DNA of 63,748 nucleotides, filler included, from Octopus bimaculoides (GCF_001194135.2; 6 parts of 6 records of this genome joined end to end with filler, not necessarily neighbours in it), one strand, 5' to 3'; positions 15,990-30,006 are shown, numbered from the whole stretch's first letter. Numbers and translations: made by a program. The notes: generated from the letters alone by a model not told the origin.

Positions 15990-16310
15990 TTACTTGGAAG
16001 GATATGCGCAGACACATGACATCCTGAGTAGATTCATCCACGACCAAATCCGCCTAATCCAATACACCATACTTTGTGCCTCGACTCCTAGCATATCCAG
16101 AGATACAAGTAATGCACCCACTTCGGCATGATCGGAAAAAAAGTTTACACAATCGATGAAATCACGGCAAAGGAGTAGCTTTCGGTCGTTGTAGAAGATT
16201 TGAGTGTATGTGTCGTCCATCGTGTTTTTGATCTTCCGAAAACTAGCTTGATTCCCTGGCTCCCCGTGGTGCAGATGTTTCCATAATTGGTAAATATGAC
16301 CCTTATACAC
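15990..16310 (-). mobile_element. Degenerate L1/Tx1-type reverse transcriptase fragment
   Basis: ...RKLLLCRDFIDCVN...VGALLVSLDM...YWIRRI resembles the L1/Tx1 RT segment (N..L.RD.IDY...LLSLD.EKAFD...WI..). Internally deleted. Confidence 0.45.
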
Positions 16311-16697
16311 AAACTGTACAACTGAGCCAAGGGGAATTATGGAGCGATAGATTCACTAATATTCCCTATCGCAGTTGTTATAAAGCTACGTAAAATTCGA
16401 TCTTTTCCACAGTCAAGCTATCGCCCCGCTTTTAAATAATAAAAACGTATGCGTATATTACATACATATATATCCACCACATTATAAACATACATAAGCA
16501 TTTATAGACACATATGTACATGCGAGTGCACACACACGCACACACATACACGCGCATGCGTATGTAAATATATGTGAGAATTCCTATAAATCACGGAGTG
16601 TTCTGAATGTATCTATGAAAGTCTGAATGTATACACACATATGTATGTATCTATATATACTTATATATACATATAAACATATATACATTTATATATG

Positions 16698-16746
<49 letters not shown>

Positions 16747-17316
16747 NNNNNNNNNNNNNNNNNNNNNNNNNNNNNNNNNNNNNNNNNNNNNNNNNNNNNN
16801 NNNNNNNNNNNNNNNNNNNNNNTATATATACGCATACATACATGCATACATGCATACATACATACATACATACATACATAACCAAGCGCCAGCACACAAA
16901 TACACACTTTTACACATCCGTATGGATACCTACCTACCTACCTACACAATCGTATGATTTGTGGAAGAAGACCAAGCAGCCATTGTTACATTAGATCCCA
17001 TTTAAGATTTGCCATTCAATTTAAAATTAGACAAAGATTAATCTTGCTAATTATCAATTTTCTCGCTGATGAGACATAATGAAGAATTTTCTATTTTAGA
17101 TTCACCTCTGCTACTCTTAGTTGTCATGGCACGCTAACTTCCCTGCTAGCAGCAGCAGCAGCAGCAGCAGTAGTAGCAATGGCAGAAGACATACGTTTAA
17201 ATAAATGATGCATACAGCCAAATTCACTGAAATACATAATATACTCGCATACACATACATATAAGATGTTATATATATGTACATATTCATATATATTCAT
17301 ATATATATACATACAA

Positions 17317-17357
<41 letters not shown>

Positions 17358-17861
17358 NNNNNNNNNNNNNNNNNNNNNNNNNNNNNNNNNNNNNNNNNNN
17401 NNNNNNNNNNNNNNNNNNNNNNNNNNNNNNNNNNNNNNNNNNNNNNNNNNNNNNNNNNNNNNNNNNNNNNNNNNNNNNNNNNNNNNNNNNNNNNNNNNNN
17501 NNNNNNNNNNNNNNNNNNNNNNNNNNNNNNNNNNNNNNNNNNNNNNNNNNNNNNNNNNNNNNNNNNNNNNNNNNNNNNNNNNNNNNNNNNNNNNNNNNNN
17601 NNNNNNNNNNNNNNNNNNNNNNNNNNNNNNNNNNNNNNNNNNNNNNNNNNNNNNNNNNNNNNNNNNNNNNNNNNNNNNNNNNNNNNNNNNNNNNNNNNNN
17701 NNNNNNNNNNNNNNNNNNNNNNNNNNNNNNNNNNNNNNNNNNNNNNNNNNNNNNNNNNNNNNNNNNNNNNNNNNNNNNNNNNNNNNNNNNNNNNNNNNNN
17801 NNNNNNNNNNNNNNNNNNNNNNNNNNNNNNNNNNNNNNNNNNNNNNNNNNNNNNNNNNNNN

Positions 17862-17900
<39 letters not shown>

Positions 17901-18844
17901 CTACACACATGCATATGTAAATATAGATGTTATACAATCCCGTCTGTGTGCGTATTTATACAAACCCATACGCGATAGATATGCAAGCCTGTCTTATGTA
18001 TATACACATACGTTTTATATACACACACTTCTGTGTATGTGTTTATAGAAATGTGTGATTGTATATAAATGCATGCATATACACATGTCTATATATGCGA
18101 GCGCATGTGCGTTTCTGTACATCTCCATGGAGGTGTGTATGTGTGTGTGTGAATTCACGTGTTTATCCGAATTCCATTCCGTTATAAACCGTGGGAATGT
18201 TGCCGCAATCCTTAACGAATTGAAATTACATATAGTTATTGCGTGAAGCCTTTCATAGGTAATTGTCTGGGTAAGATAAAGCCATGTGTACTCCTTAAGT
18301 AAAACTCATAGAACTCCACAAAGAAAGAGAGAGAGAGAAAGAGAGAGAGAGAGAGGGGGGGAGTGTGTGTGTGTCCATTGTCTGCTGATAGCCACGGTCA
18401 GTATTACGTGAGTGAATGGCCCTCCTCTGCAGTTTTGTCTTATATCACACTATGGAGTTCGATGAGTAATCCGATCTAGTTATATTTAACCCTTTCCTGA
18501 TATCTTAACCGTAGATCTGCCGTGATATTTTTTACCACAAACCTCCAGCCCTATTCTTTGGTGGTGTGATTAAAATTCTATTGAATGATGGGCTCCCAGC
18601 TCCCGTCTTTCTCATCGACATTCATGATCTGGTTCGTTGTTTTTGTTTTCTTTAACGCAGTGCGATTCACTTCCACTGTGAAATAGCTGTTGATCAACGG
18701 ACCCACTTTCAAGCTGGCCGACTCTGCGATGAAACTTGCAGCAGAATATACTATAACTAACAAATGTATTACACAGATAGGTTATATATTTCTACGCTTG
18801 TACGAATACTGAACCTCTTATCCGGAATCTAAGAATCCGAAATT

Positions 18845-18982
18845 ACCTCGTAACTAGCGGTTCGGCAAAAGGGACGATAGAATATGTATTAGGCTTACAA
18901 AGAATAAGTCCTGGGGTCGATTTATCGACTAAATGCGGTGCTCCAGCATGGCCGCAGTCAAATGACTGAAACAAGTAAAAGA
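18845..18982 (+). mobile_element. SINE 3' half with tail
   Basis: ctagcggttcggcaaaagggacgatagaat...cctggggtcgatt...gcggtgctccagcatggccgcagtcaaatgactgaaacaagtaaaaga. Confidence 0.85.
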
Positions 18983-19403
18983 GTATTTGTTAATTTTAAA
19001 AAATGATAAATATCTCTTACAGCTGTTTCAACTCCAGACCTTCAGGTAATTAATTAATTAAATTAAAAATTATTTGAAAGTCGCACTTTTTTTAATTAAC
19101 AAATAATAATTTATTAATTACCTCTTTAATTTCTCATCTTATTATTATAATAAATAAATGTGTATAAACCATGGCTTATATAGTTACCTTGCAGATGAGT
19201 ATTAAATGTAATGTCCAACATTCTTTGTACAGGTAATAAGCCAGTACTTTCATAGGATTTTGCTATCCCTNNNNNNNNNNTATATATATATATGTCTGTA
19301 TGTATGTATGTATGATTACATGTACATAATGCTAGAAAGGAAAATTAGATGTAATAAATGTATCTGTAATGCGGGTGGATGTATATGCATATATATATAT
19401 ATA

Positions 19404-19615
19404 TACGAGGGGTGCTAAAAAGTTTCTAACTTTAAAGGTATAACGATAGGCATGGTTAAAGGCTCAACCTTCCGAGTTCTTTTAGAGGTCTTAGAAAAAC
19501 TGATGAATCGCTGCAATAAGTATGTGAATCTCAGAGGGAAATACGTTAAATAAAATCACAATTAACTGATCTTCCTGTATTTTCTTTAACCCAATGCCAG
19601 GAATTTTTCAAAGTT
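19404..19615. mobile_element. Tc1/mariner-derived MITE (degenerate)
   Basis: Left end TA-CGAGGGGTGCTAAAAAGTTTCT; partly complementary right end (CCAGGAATTTTTCA); inserted in (TA)n. Confidence 0.45.
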
Positions 19616-19859
19616 TAAATACATGTATATATTGTAGGAACAGACCAAGCGCGAGGCGGCTAGATAATAGTCATTCTCTCAGTTGGTCGAATTTAGGAAT
19701 TCATCTGGAAATTCTAAAACGGCTGCTTCCCTTTGGACCCCTCCCAGGAATGGCGGATGTGGTAGATGAATGGATAGATGAACTGTACGTGTGTGTCAGC
19801 TGCCCTGTGTTCATTCTCATTTATGTTCCTGCTGTTCTTTGAATATATGAATGTAGTGC

Positions 19860-20102
19860 GTGTATGTGTGTGTGTGTATATATGTATATATACATATATT
19901 ACATGCGAACACACTTGTAAATCTACAGCGTTTCTGTATGGCGTTTTGTAGAGGCAGAAGAATAACGTGTGCCAAGAATGTTGAAGTGCTCCAGATGTTA
20001 TATATTCTGTCGATAAGTGCAATCTTGAGAATCTGGCGCATCATTCTTCAAGCTGGGGCTAATACAGCGAAACGACGGCAACGTACTTTAAATCTTAGAT
20101 AA
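19860..20102 (+). pseudogene. LRR gene relic fragment
   Basis: TLVNLQRFCMAF, EVLQMLYILSIS, then frameshifted CNLENLAHHS, and RTLNLR*. Possible LRRCT relic KPCYCTV*L near 20620. Confidence 0.4.
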
Positions 20103-20854
20103 TTAATGATGTAATTACATACAAACACACACACTCACACGCACATACACACACAAGCATGTATATTTTTATATGCTTACACACGTAGTCATGCGTGTTT
20201 GTGTACATGCGAATTACTGCATATATATGTACGCATGAGTTTCATCTGCGGAATATAGCACTACAAAATATAAGGCTTAATTAACGTTTAAATGAAATAA
20301 ACCTTCAGATATTTCGTCAGGGTTAATAAATCGTTTTCTTACAACAGGTACAATTAGTATTATATATATACATGTTTTGCTCATTGTGCATGAAGAAAAT
20401 AAATACGCGCGCACACAAAGGTATGTGCATGAGACAGAGAGAGATACGGAGGGAGAGTGAGATCGTGTGAGGGTGATCGCATGTGAGAGCGAGTGCGAGA
20501 GAGAGTGATATTGAAGGAGAGAGTGGGCGAGAGAGAAAGAGAGGGGGATGAGAGTGACTGACGAAAACTGACCGAGAGAGAGAGTTGTGAGCGTCATATA
20601 TTTCATGTAAGTGTGGCACTCAAACCATGCTATTGTACGGTTTGATTATAATATAATATATAAAACAATCAACAACATATAACAACACTCATAACAGCAA
20701 CTGTGGTATACATTTTTCGGTCTCAGAATACTTTTATACCACCTTTATACACTCGCCATGTGCACAGAAAACCTACCACCATGTTGCGCAAAAAGGAGGT
20801 ACTTATGACATGTAGGACTTTAACCTGTTATACTCTGATATATCAACTACCCTA

Positions 20855-21070
20855 GGGCGGCAAGCTGACAAAATCGTTAGCACGCCGGACGAAATGCTTA
20901 GCGGTATTTCGTCTGCCGTTACGCTCTAAGTTCAAATTCCGCCGAGGCCAGCTTTGCATTTCATCCTTTCCGGGTTGATAAATTAAGTACCAGTTGCGTA
21001 CTGGAGTCAATCCAATCGACTGGCTCCCTCCCCAGAACTTTCGAGCCCTGTGCCTAGAGTAGAAAAGAAT
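20855..21070 (+). mobile_element. tRNA-derived SINE, near full length
   Basis: ggcggcaagctgacaaaatcgttagcacgccggacgaaatgcttagcggtatttcgtctg...gttcaaattccgccgagg. Confidence 0.9.
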
Positions 21071-22221
21071 ATATTAACTATCCTTTCGGGGATTTACGCT
21101 AAACTAGTGCATATCTGCTAAGTATATACACATACGTATGTGTTTGCGCCACGTGCTTATGTACATCTAAATCCCTGTACAAATATGCACGTCCATATAC
21201 CCTCTCACTCACTCTCTCTTTGTCTCCCTCTTTTTCTCTCTCTGTGCGGTGGAGGATGTAGTGAATTGCAGTTCTTGGGGCTGGGTTAGAAGGGATGAGT
21301 TTAGTGTGAGTATCGAGAGACCAGAAACTGCAGTGTGGACTAAATGGGCGATACAGTTGTAGCTCCTGAAATTAGGTGGAAACAAAATGTACCTCTTTAT
21401 ATCAGAGGAAGAAAAAGCAGTAGGAGGTGTAAGAGAGGAAAAAAAAAATTTGTACGAAGATGAGATGGGATTTTGTTTATTTTGCTTCATAGGCATATAG
21501 TTTTGTAACTATTGAAAAGGTAATGCCAATAATTTCTGTAAGGATTTCCCAGAGGAGTATCGTACATGGGATATCTGAGAAATATCCTTAAAACTGAGAG
21601 TACCTTACTAAAACAACGGATATAACAAGTGGTGGCGTTTAACGACGCAGTAGTTTGTGTCAAGCAGCAGTTACAAAACTTATTTTAATAGTGTGTGTGT
21701 GTGTGCGTGTGTGCGTCTGTGCGTGTGTGTGTGTGTGTGTGTGTGCGCGTGTGCGTGTGTGTGTGTGTGTGTGTGGCAGTAAAAAATCTCACTGAAGAAA
21801 AGACTAGAAACCCTTTCATATTCAGGAAAGAAAAGTTAAAAAGATAAATTAAAATTTTAGAGTGCAGTTGATGGTTAACATAGACTTCCAGTATAAGAAC
21901 AGATTTTGCAGTGGCGTATGAAGGGGTAAAATGATTCGTGAAAAGTCTATAGGTTAAATAATCTCTTCAAAATAGAATTTCTAGAAATAGAAAAAGAAAA
22001 CAACTCACAATAAAGACAAAACAGAGGAAGGCTGATGAATAANNNNNNNNNNNNNNNNNNNNNNNNNNNNNNNNNNNNNNNNNNNNNNNNNNNNNNNNNN
22101 NNNNNNNNNNNNNNNNNNNNNNNNNNNNNNNNNNNNNNNNNNNNNNNNNNNNNNNNNNNNNNNNNNNNNNNNNNNNNNNNNNNNNNNNNNNNNNNNNNNN
22201 NNNNNNNNNNNNNNNNNNNNN

Positions 22222-22300
<79 letters not shown>

Positions 22301-23022
22301 TATGCGTCTACATACAAAGCACAAACCTAAATATATATTATCTATTTACCAATCTATCTATCTGTTTCTCTCTCTCTCAATCTCTCTATATATATACACA
22401 CACACACATATATACATATAGATATAAATGTATGTATATGTACCCACACGTGTATATGCACATGTACACATGCATGCACATTCATGAAGAAAATTTGGGC
22501 ATGTCTCCTTTGTTGGGAAAAACTTTTGTCTAATTCTATAGATGAACTCTACATAGTTTGCATGGATTCCAACTTCTAGAGACCAGGAGTTTGTGAAAGA
22601 CAGAAGTTAAATAGAATAAAAGAGAATTAGTAACGCAATTTGCATGCGTTTTTGTGAAGGTGTGTGTATGGTAGAAAAGTCGGGATAGATTAAAAACATT
22701 GCATTACAAACACGCATACATATCCACTCACGTTAAGTATATACATATATATATTTACGTATAAAATTATATAAATATAATTATAGATAAGGGCTACTGG
22801 AAACGGCTATCGCCAATGCTAGATGTAGATGCCACTACCTACAGTCCACTCTAAAATATGTCCTCTATATTCAACCACAGGTACGAACGCGACGGAATGA
22901 GCAAGAAAATACAAAAAAGTGTGCTGAGAAAAAAAGTAGCAAATTATCTTCGGAAAGACATATATATATATGGCTAGGTAGATAGATAGAGAAACAGAAA
23001 TGCATATACATACAAATATATG

Positions 23023-23070
<48 letters not shown>

Positions 23071-23133
23071 GATGAAAATCGTGTCAAGAATGAGTGAAGT
23101 TGGACATTTATTTATTTATTTATTTATTTATTA

Positions 23134-23192
23134 TTCACTACAATTGTTTCGATGCACCGTAGTTCTCTAAATATACATGTCTTCGATTATGC
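23134..23192 (-). ncRNA. PLE-type hammerhead motif, variant core TCGAAGA
   Basis: Minus strand TCGAAGA-c-atgta...tgcat-c-GAAAC-aatt-GTA-gtgaat. Stem II pairs; stem I is poor. 3' flank resembles 33527-33550. Confidence 0.5.
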
Positions 23193-23594
23193 CACTGTTT
23201 GTTTGCACAACGAGATCAAGTGGTGTTTCGTCAGGCGATATAGGAATATTGTGTCCGTTAGTTTATAATCGTCGACTGGGAAATATATAATAATACTACT
23301 GATAGTACTGGATAATTCTGAAGGGAGACGAGCTTTTTACTGTACTCTCCAACGTTCCTAACGGAATATAACATAACTATATATATTTATATATGTATAT
23401 ATACATATGCATAAATGAATATATATAAATACAGGCGTTCTCCGTCGGTTGCGGCGACGGGGATCCCAGCTGATACGATCAACGGTACAGCTTGCTCGTG
23501 AAACTCTGAGTAGCAGTCTTTTGTGATGTTTTTGCAGCCTTATTAATAAAGTATGTATGTATGCATGAATGTATGCATATATGTACATATATGT

Positions 23595-23674
<80 letters not shown>

Positions 23675-23792
23675 ACGCCTTTTGTAAATCATTGAGATAT
23701 ATGAACTTAACATTTATTCCTCTCTGAACGAAGGTCATTACGTTTAAATCTACAGGCAGTGGAGGAAATATAATACACCACAATATTGTAAG

Positions 23793-23838
<46 letters not shown>

Positions 23839-24336
23839 TGAAGATGATGAGATACAAATAAGAGAGAAGGGGTGAAAGAGTAGAAATTAGAGCAAGTAAA
23901 CAGAATTATCGATTATCAAGAAATAGGTAATATAAAATATATATATATATATACGAAATGGAATAAATGCGGAAGAAAGACAGGGAAAGAAAAAAAAATG
24001 AGAAAAATAGACGTGGTCAGACTTACGTAAGTGGATTAGGCTCGTTAAATAATACATGAAATAATGATTGAGTTGTCTCCCATGGTGGATGACAGAGGAT
24101 ACAGAGTAAGGATTGGATTCTCTCTACTTATATATTACGGTGCTTGAAACTGTCATTAAATCAGAAGGAGAAAAAGCACATCAGTAACAACACAAAAAAA
24201 CATTAATAACCATAATCTCAATCATCATTATCGTGGGGTTTTTTTAATATTTTTTCTACTCCATTTTTACTGGTTTACTTTTCTCTCATTTTATAATGAT
24301 TTTGTGTTGTTGCTTTTCGTCATCATCGTTTTATGC

Positions 24337-24368
<32 letters not shown>

Positions 24369-24950
24369 NNNNNNNNNNNNNNNNNNNNNNNNNNNNNNNN
24401 NNNNNNNNNNNNTTAATTAATTAANNNNNNNNNNNNNNNNNNNNNNNNNNNNNNNNNNNNNNNNNNNNGAGAAAATAAATACATATAATAAAATATATAT
24501 ATATATATGTATGTATGTATGTGTAGACGAAGAAAAGTACTTATTACATACTTTGCTGTCAAATCATTGGATTAATCCCAACAAAATACAAACTTTTTTC
24601 TAAATTTTATTGATATAAATATTTGTTTGCCTAAACATTTCAGGCTGTGGGCCAGCATTTTAGGAAAAAAAACAAATTTCATTTTAGATATTTCCCGCTT
24701 AAATTCAAATTGGGTTTCATTTTTGTCTGTGAAGGCGGAGAGAGAGAGAGAGAGAGTGTGTGTGAGAGAGAGAATAAAAGTTTTCTGTCTACAAAGAAGC
24801 AATTTAAAATAAATATATCTTAATTGTTGTGTGAGATAATATATATGTTCTGATGATAAAATATTGTATCTTATAAAAAAATCCTTAATTTACAGACTAT
24901 ATCTTGTGCGTTTAAGGAAAAAAACATTTGTTTTCTCTTCCACAGTGCTA

Positions 24951-24982
<32 letters not shown>

Positions 24983-24991
24983 GAGAGAGAA

Positions 24992-25058
24992 ATGTAAGAC
25001 ATGGGGGTCTAGACAAAAGCCCTCTAGGACAAAAGCCCCTTAGGACAAAACCCCCACG
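24992..25058. repeat. GGACAAAA(G)CCC subterminal repeats, probable DNA-transposon end
   Basis: ggggtctagacaaaagccctctaggacaaaagccccttaggacaaaaccccacgg: three ~14-bp units. Confidence 0.55.
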
Positions 25059-25797
25059 GTTATATTTTTCAGTTATTTTTCATTTTTAGAATTTTTAGTC
25101 GAATGTATCGACCCCAGAATGTCTATTTTACTTGTTGCAGTTATTAGACTGTGGCCAGCCAGGCTGGGGAACCATCGTGAAGAATTTTTAGATGGCTGTA
25201 TGGAACCCAGAATTTTTTTTTAAGCTTGATCAAAACCACTTCTGTGATATAATTCATTTTTGTTTTTCTTTTTACTTGTTGCAGTTATTAGACTGCAGCC
25301 ATGCTGGGGCACCGCCTTGAGAAATTTTAGTTGATTGTATCGACCCCAGGATTTTTTTTAGATGATTTTCAACCAGTGCATGAAGTTAAGCCTAGAAGGT
25401 CTCTCAACATGTTAGAAATAACAGCCAAATCTATTGAAATTTTTTTATAACTGCCCCCTTGGTTATATCTTTTGGTTATTCTTCATTTTTTTTTTTATCT
25501 TCTAAAAATCTTCTTACTTATTTCAGCCACTGGACTGCGACCTTGCTGGGTCACTGCCTTGAAGAATCTTTAGTCGAATGTATCGGCCTCAGAATCTTTT
25601 TTAGGTGATTTTCAACCTGCACATAAAGTTAAGCCAAGAAAATCTCTCCACTCCACATGTTAGAAATAGCNNNNNNNNNNNNNNNNNNNNNNNNNNNNNN
25701 NNNNNNNNNNNNNNTTAATTAATTAANNNNNNNNNNNNNNNNNNNNNNNNNNNNNNNNNNNNNNNNNNNNATATATATATATATATATATATATATA

Positions 25798-25969
25798 AAT
25801 TGAATAGTCAACAGGAAGGAGTAGATTTAGACAGCTATTTACTGAACACTACACATGTTTCGATACAAGATATATCCACATATACACATGTGTTATATCG
25901 AAACATATGTAGTGTCTATTAAATAGTTGTTTAAACGTTTTTCTTTCTGCTGACTCTATTTATTCAATT
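25798..25969. repeat. Long imperfect inverted repeat (~70-75 bp arms)
   Basis: Inner arms 25846-25865 and 25896-25915 are 19/20 complementary; pairing continues outward to aattgaata/tattcaatt. Confidence 0.85.
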
Positions 25970-27029
25970 ATTATTTTTCACACACGACGAATGCATAAGC
26001 TTAGACATCGAATGCTACCGGCTATTTGGTAATTCTAAGGGTGAATGGGGTCTATTTTGTACTCTAATACGTTCCAAACAGCGTACACTTTAAATTCATA
26101 TATGTGTGTATATATTTATATATATATATATGTATATATACCACATGTGTCTACTAAGACCTAAATTGTTCTCAAAACGAAATTCAGCGAAATACCAAAA
26201 CGTATGCAGGCAGGACAGTGAAAATTACAGAAATAAAACATTATTACCCACGAACTAGTTTCGAAATCAACACTCTTACCGAATATCTGTTTCTCTTCAG
26301 CGTGAACTGTAACAGAATCATAATTGTCCTATTTTCTGCAGACATATTCCCGGAATTATCGCGCCAAAACGAAGACTTTTGATTATTGCCATTAAGTTGT
26401 AGTTAGCGGAACCATATACACGTTCACCTCTGGCGGTGGGCAACTTGTATAGGATTCTGAGAATTATGACAGTTACTTCGACATTTTTGGATTGCTCCTC
26501 TTCAGCGATAGTGGGGCATGTAAGCCCTCGACGGAAAAAGGTAGGTGACTCGTACGCGTAGAGGAAAGGCTACTTTTTTTTGTCGACGGCTTATATGCCT
26601 CACTATTAAACTATTTTGTTTAGTCATTGCATGGTGAACGTTCACAGATTTCCAGGTGTGTGTTCAGTGATACAGTTGGTTCTCGCTGTATAATCTAATT
26701 TGGTAGCCACTCACTGTAGACAAGCCTTCTGCAGCAAATTGCAAGTTTGTACCCAAATTGAGAATGCCAGCCAGGCCAGTGATTGGAAGATGCCTTCCTT
26801 TCTTTCCTTCTCCCTTCTTCCCGCCAACCAGTTTCGACAGCCCCGTTAAAGAGGTCATATGTACTGTCCTTCCCGCCTGATTAATAAAACCTATACATAT
26901 TCATATACATATGTACAAACATAAAACCGTATATATACATACCTAGATACGTATACATGTATAGGAATACACACATACACATGCAGTTGCAATTTATAGA
27001 AAAACAAAAGACAAAGACAGATGTATGAA

Positions 27030-27125
27030 CCGCAAGCAAGTGTAGTAGTTTGACGCTCGGGAATAATGAAAAAGCATATTACGTTTCGAGCCTATGCTCT
27101 TCAAAATAAAGGAATAAGAGAGAAG
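27030..27125 (-). mobile_element. PLE pseudo-LTR fragment with minimal hammerhead (TTGAAGA core)
   Basis: Homologous to 34030-34150; minus strand TTGAAGA-GCATAGGCTC-GAAAC-GTA. Confidence 0.55.
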
Positions 27126-27174
27126 TAACTGAGAGAGAATGAAAAAAACCTGTAGATTACAGCGCTCTAGCATG

Positions 27175-27214
<40 letters not shown>

Positions 27215-28189
27215 NNNNNNNNNNNNNNNNNNNNNNNNNNNNNNNNNNNNNNNNNNNNNNNNNNNNNNNNNNNNNNNNNNNNNNNNNNNNNNNNNNNNNN
27301 NNNNNNNNNNNNNNNNNNNNNNNNNNNNNNNNNNNNNNNNNNNNNNNNNNNNNNNNNNNNNNNNNNNNNNNNNNNNNNNNNNNNNNNNNNNNNNNNNNNN
27401 NNNNNNNNNNNNNNNNNNNNNNNNNNNNNNNNNNNNNNNNNNNNNNNNNNNNNNNNNNNNNNNNNNNNNNNNNNNNNNNNNNNNNNNNNNNNNNNNNNNN
27501 NNNNNNNNNNNNNNNNNNNNNNNNNNNNNNNNNNNNNNNNNNNNNNNNNNNNNNNNNNNNNNNNNNNNNNNNNNNNNNNNNNNNNNNNNNNNNNNNNNNN
27601 NNNNNNNNNNNNNNNNNNNNNNNNNNNNNNNNNNNNNNNNNNNNNNNNNNNNNNNNNNNNNNNNNNNNNNNNNNNNNNNNNNNNNNNNNNNNNNNNNNNN
27701 NNNNNNNNNNNNNNNNNNNNNNNNNNNNNNNNNNNNNNNNNNNNNNTTGTGTGCGAGTGTGAGTCAGAGTGTGTGTATGTGCGTGTTTGTTTCTTTGTGT
27801 AAAGGTGTGCATGGACATGTACATGTTCTACACAAGCTTAATGTGTATATATGTGCGGGTATAATTAAAACTGGTATATATTTATATACGTATATGTGCA
27901 TGAACAATATTCGCCCAGAAACATAAACATGTTTAAACACCCTACAAATACCCCATATACACCCCCACCACAACCACCACCACCTACATAACTCCGACAT
28001 CCCCCACCGTACATACAAACAAACAAACACTTGGTCACATATCAACAGACACGTCTGAACTGGTCTAGACGTCAGCAGCCTAGAAGACATTTTCATGTCT
28101 TTATTTTCTAAATGATAGCAAATACGGTTGAGTTCAATTGCTCTACGCTACCTACTTAAAGATTAATTTTCAGATAGTGTCACTATGGT

Positions 28190-28320
28190 GTTGTTCATAA
28201 TGACGATGTAACGATTTGTCTATTGGCATTCATTAACATTTTACCAAAGTGAAGACCGCTGACGGTTCTTGTTTGATAATCTCCCGTGGTGTTTGTTTGA
28301 TAATTGTTAAATCATTTTCT
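28190..28320 (+). pseudogene. LRR gene relic fragment
   Basis: VVHNDDVTICLLAFINILPK*RPL (28190-28261) and DNLPWCLFDNC (28275-28307). Weaker LRR-like text continues to ~29000. Confidence 0.4.
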
Positions 28321-29239
28321 AATCGCATACCAATATCTGCCAGTCAACGAGTTACCTTAACGTTAACATATCTATCGTAGCTAGCATTAAAAAGATGCAA
28401 TTAGAAAAAATTATGTAGCGAGGAAAAGTCGATTGTCTTCGAAACAAATATTATTTCAATAATTTCGCTAAATATGGGAGACGACTCGGGATATTTGTTT
28501 GTTTTCATGGGCCTCCTCAGCTGTACTTGCCGGAAGTACAAGTAACATGTAAGAATGAATGAGAAAATTATTGAGTAAATTTGAATTATTATAGAGGTCT
28601 AATGACGTCTAATGACGTGTATATCTAGTATATTTATATGCACTATTATTTAATATGTGGTTAAGATGTTTGTTAGTTGTTTTTTAATGTGACATTCTGT
28701 GGAGGCGCAATGGCCCAGTGATTATTGTATCTTAGTGTTCTGACGCCATGGAGATGTGTCCGCTTTCGCTCCTTTTTGTTTGTGAGTTTTTTTTTTATGG
28801 GGACGGGATTTCAGCGTATGTTATGTTGGGGCCTGCTGGTGTTGGTAATTACTACAATAACAAAACTACGTTCTTCACATATCCATGTGATCTTTAATAT
28901 CTCAGCAATTCAATTCTGGTTCTGTAGGTGGTCTATGACTGTGGTCTGTCTACAAAATATGATTAATGTTGTAAAGTTGGCTATTTTGTGATCTTTGTCA
29001 GCTTCTGAAGTTTCTTGTCGAGAGATTGGTTGCTCTCAAGCAGGGTTGGCATAATCCATAAATGAGTTGAATGCATTAATTCCACGCTAATGCTATTTTT
29101 TTTATTTATCTCTCTCAGTTCAATATGGCGCTTGTGGTGGTGGTGACAGCGGTGGTGGTGGTGACAGCGGTGGCGGCGGCAGAACAAATACTTGTCGTAA
29201 TCATTTGAATGTGTTGTTGTTATATATTACATAGACTCG

Positions 29240-29560
29240 GCGAGTGAAGTCGCGTGGCCTAGTGGTTAGGGTATTCATCTCGCAATAGTAAGGTTGGGAG
29301 TTCGAAAACCGGCGGTACGTTCTGTCCTTGACCAAGACACTTTTTTCACATAACTCCAGTCCACTCAGCTGGTAAAAATGAGTAATATCTGTATTTCAAA
29401 GGTCCGGCCTTGTCATATTATGTGTCACACTGAATTTCCCTGAGAACTCCGTTAAGGGTACTCGTGTCTGTGGAGTGCTCAGTCACTTGCACCTTAGTTT
29501 CACGAGTAGGCTGTTCTATTGATCGAATCAACTGGAACCCTCAGAACCGATGGAGTACCA
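29240..29560 (+). mobile_element. tRNA-derived SINE (third family)
   Basis: A box TGGCCTAGTGG, B box GTTCGAAAAC; body shared with 50050-50312 and, partly, 23440-23515 and 44878-45020. Confidence 0.75.
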
Positions 29561-29961
29561 GTACAAACTTGGCAACTTCAAATATAATTTTCTGCTGTTT
29601 CTTAATAGGTTGTTTTGTGTTGTGTGGTGTTGTTATTGATGTTTATTTCATTTTTTTATTCTCTATCCACCATTTCTCTGTTTGTCTACCTGTATATCTC
29701 TCTCTATCGTTTTTCTCTCTCTTCTCTCTGTCCTCGTCTCTCTCCTTCTCTTCTCTCTCTCTCTCTTTCTCTTCTCTCCCTCTCTCTTTTCTATCTCTTT
29801 TGCTGTATGCTTGCACACTCACACTCACGCGGAAAATACACATACATGTGCATGCATACATGCATAGACAAAGAGATAGACATATATACATACATACACA
29901 TACATACAGACAGACAAACAGATAGAAAGACAGACAGACAGACAAACAGGTATATAGACAG

Positions 29962-30006
<45 letters not shown>

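Noticed and set aside
17101-17200. (CAG)n tract with nearby splice-like sites
   Set aside because: All frames on both strands hit stops before a convincing donor.
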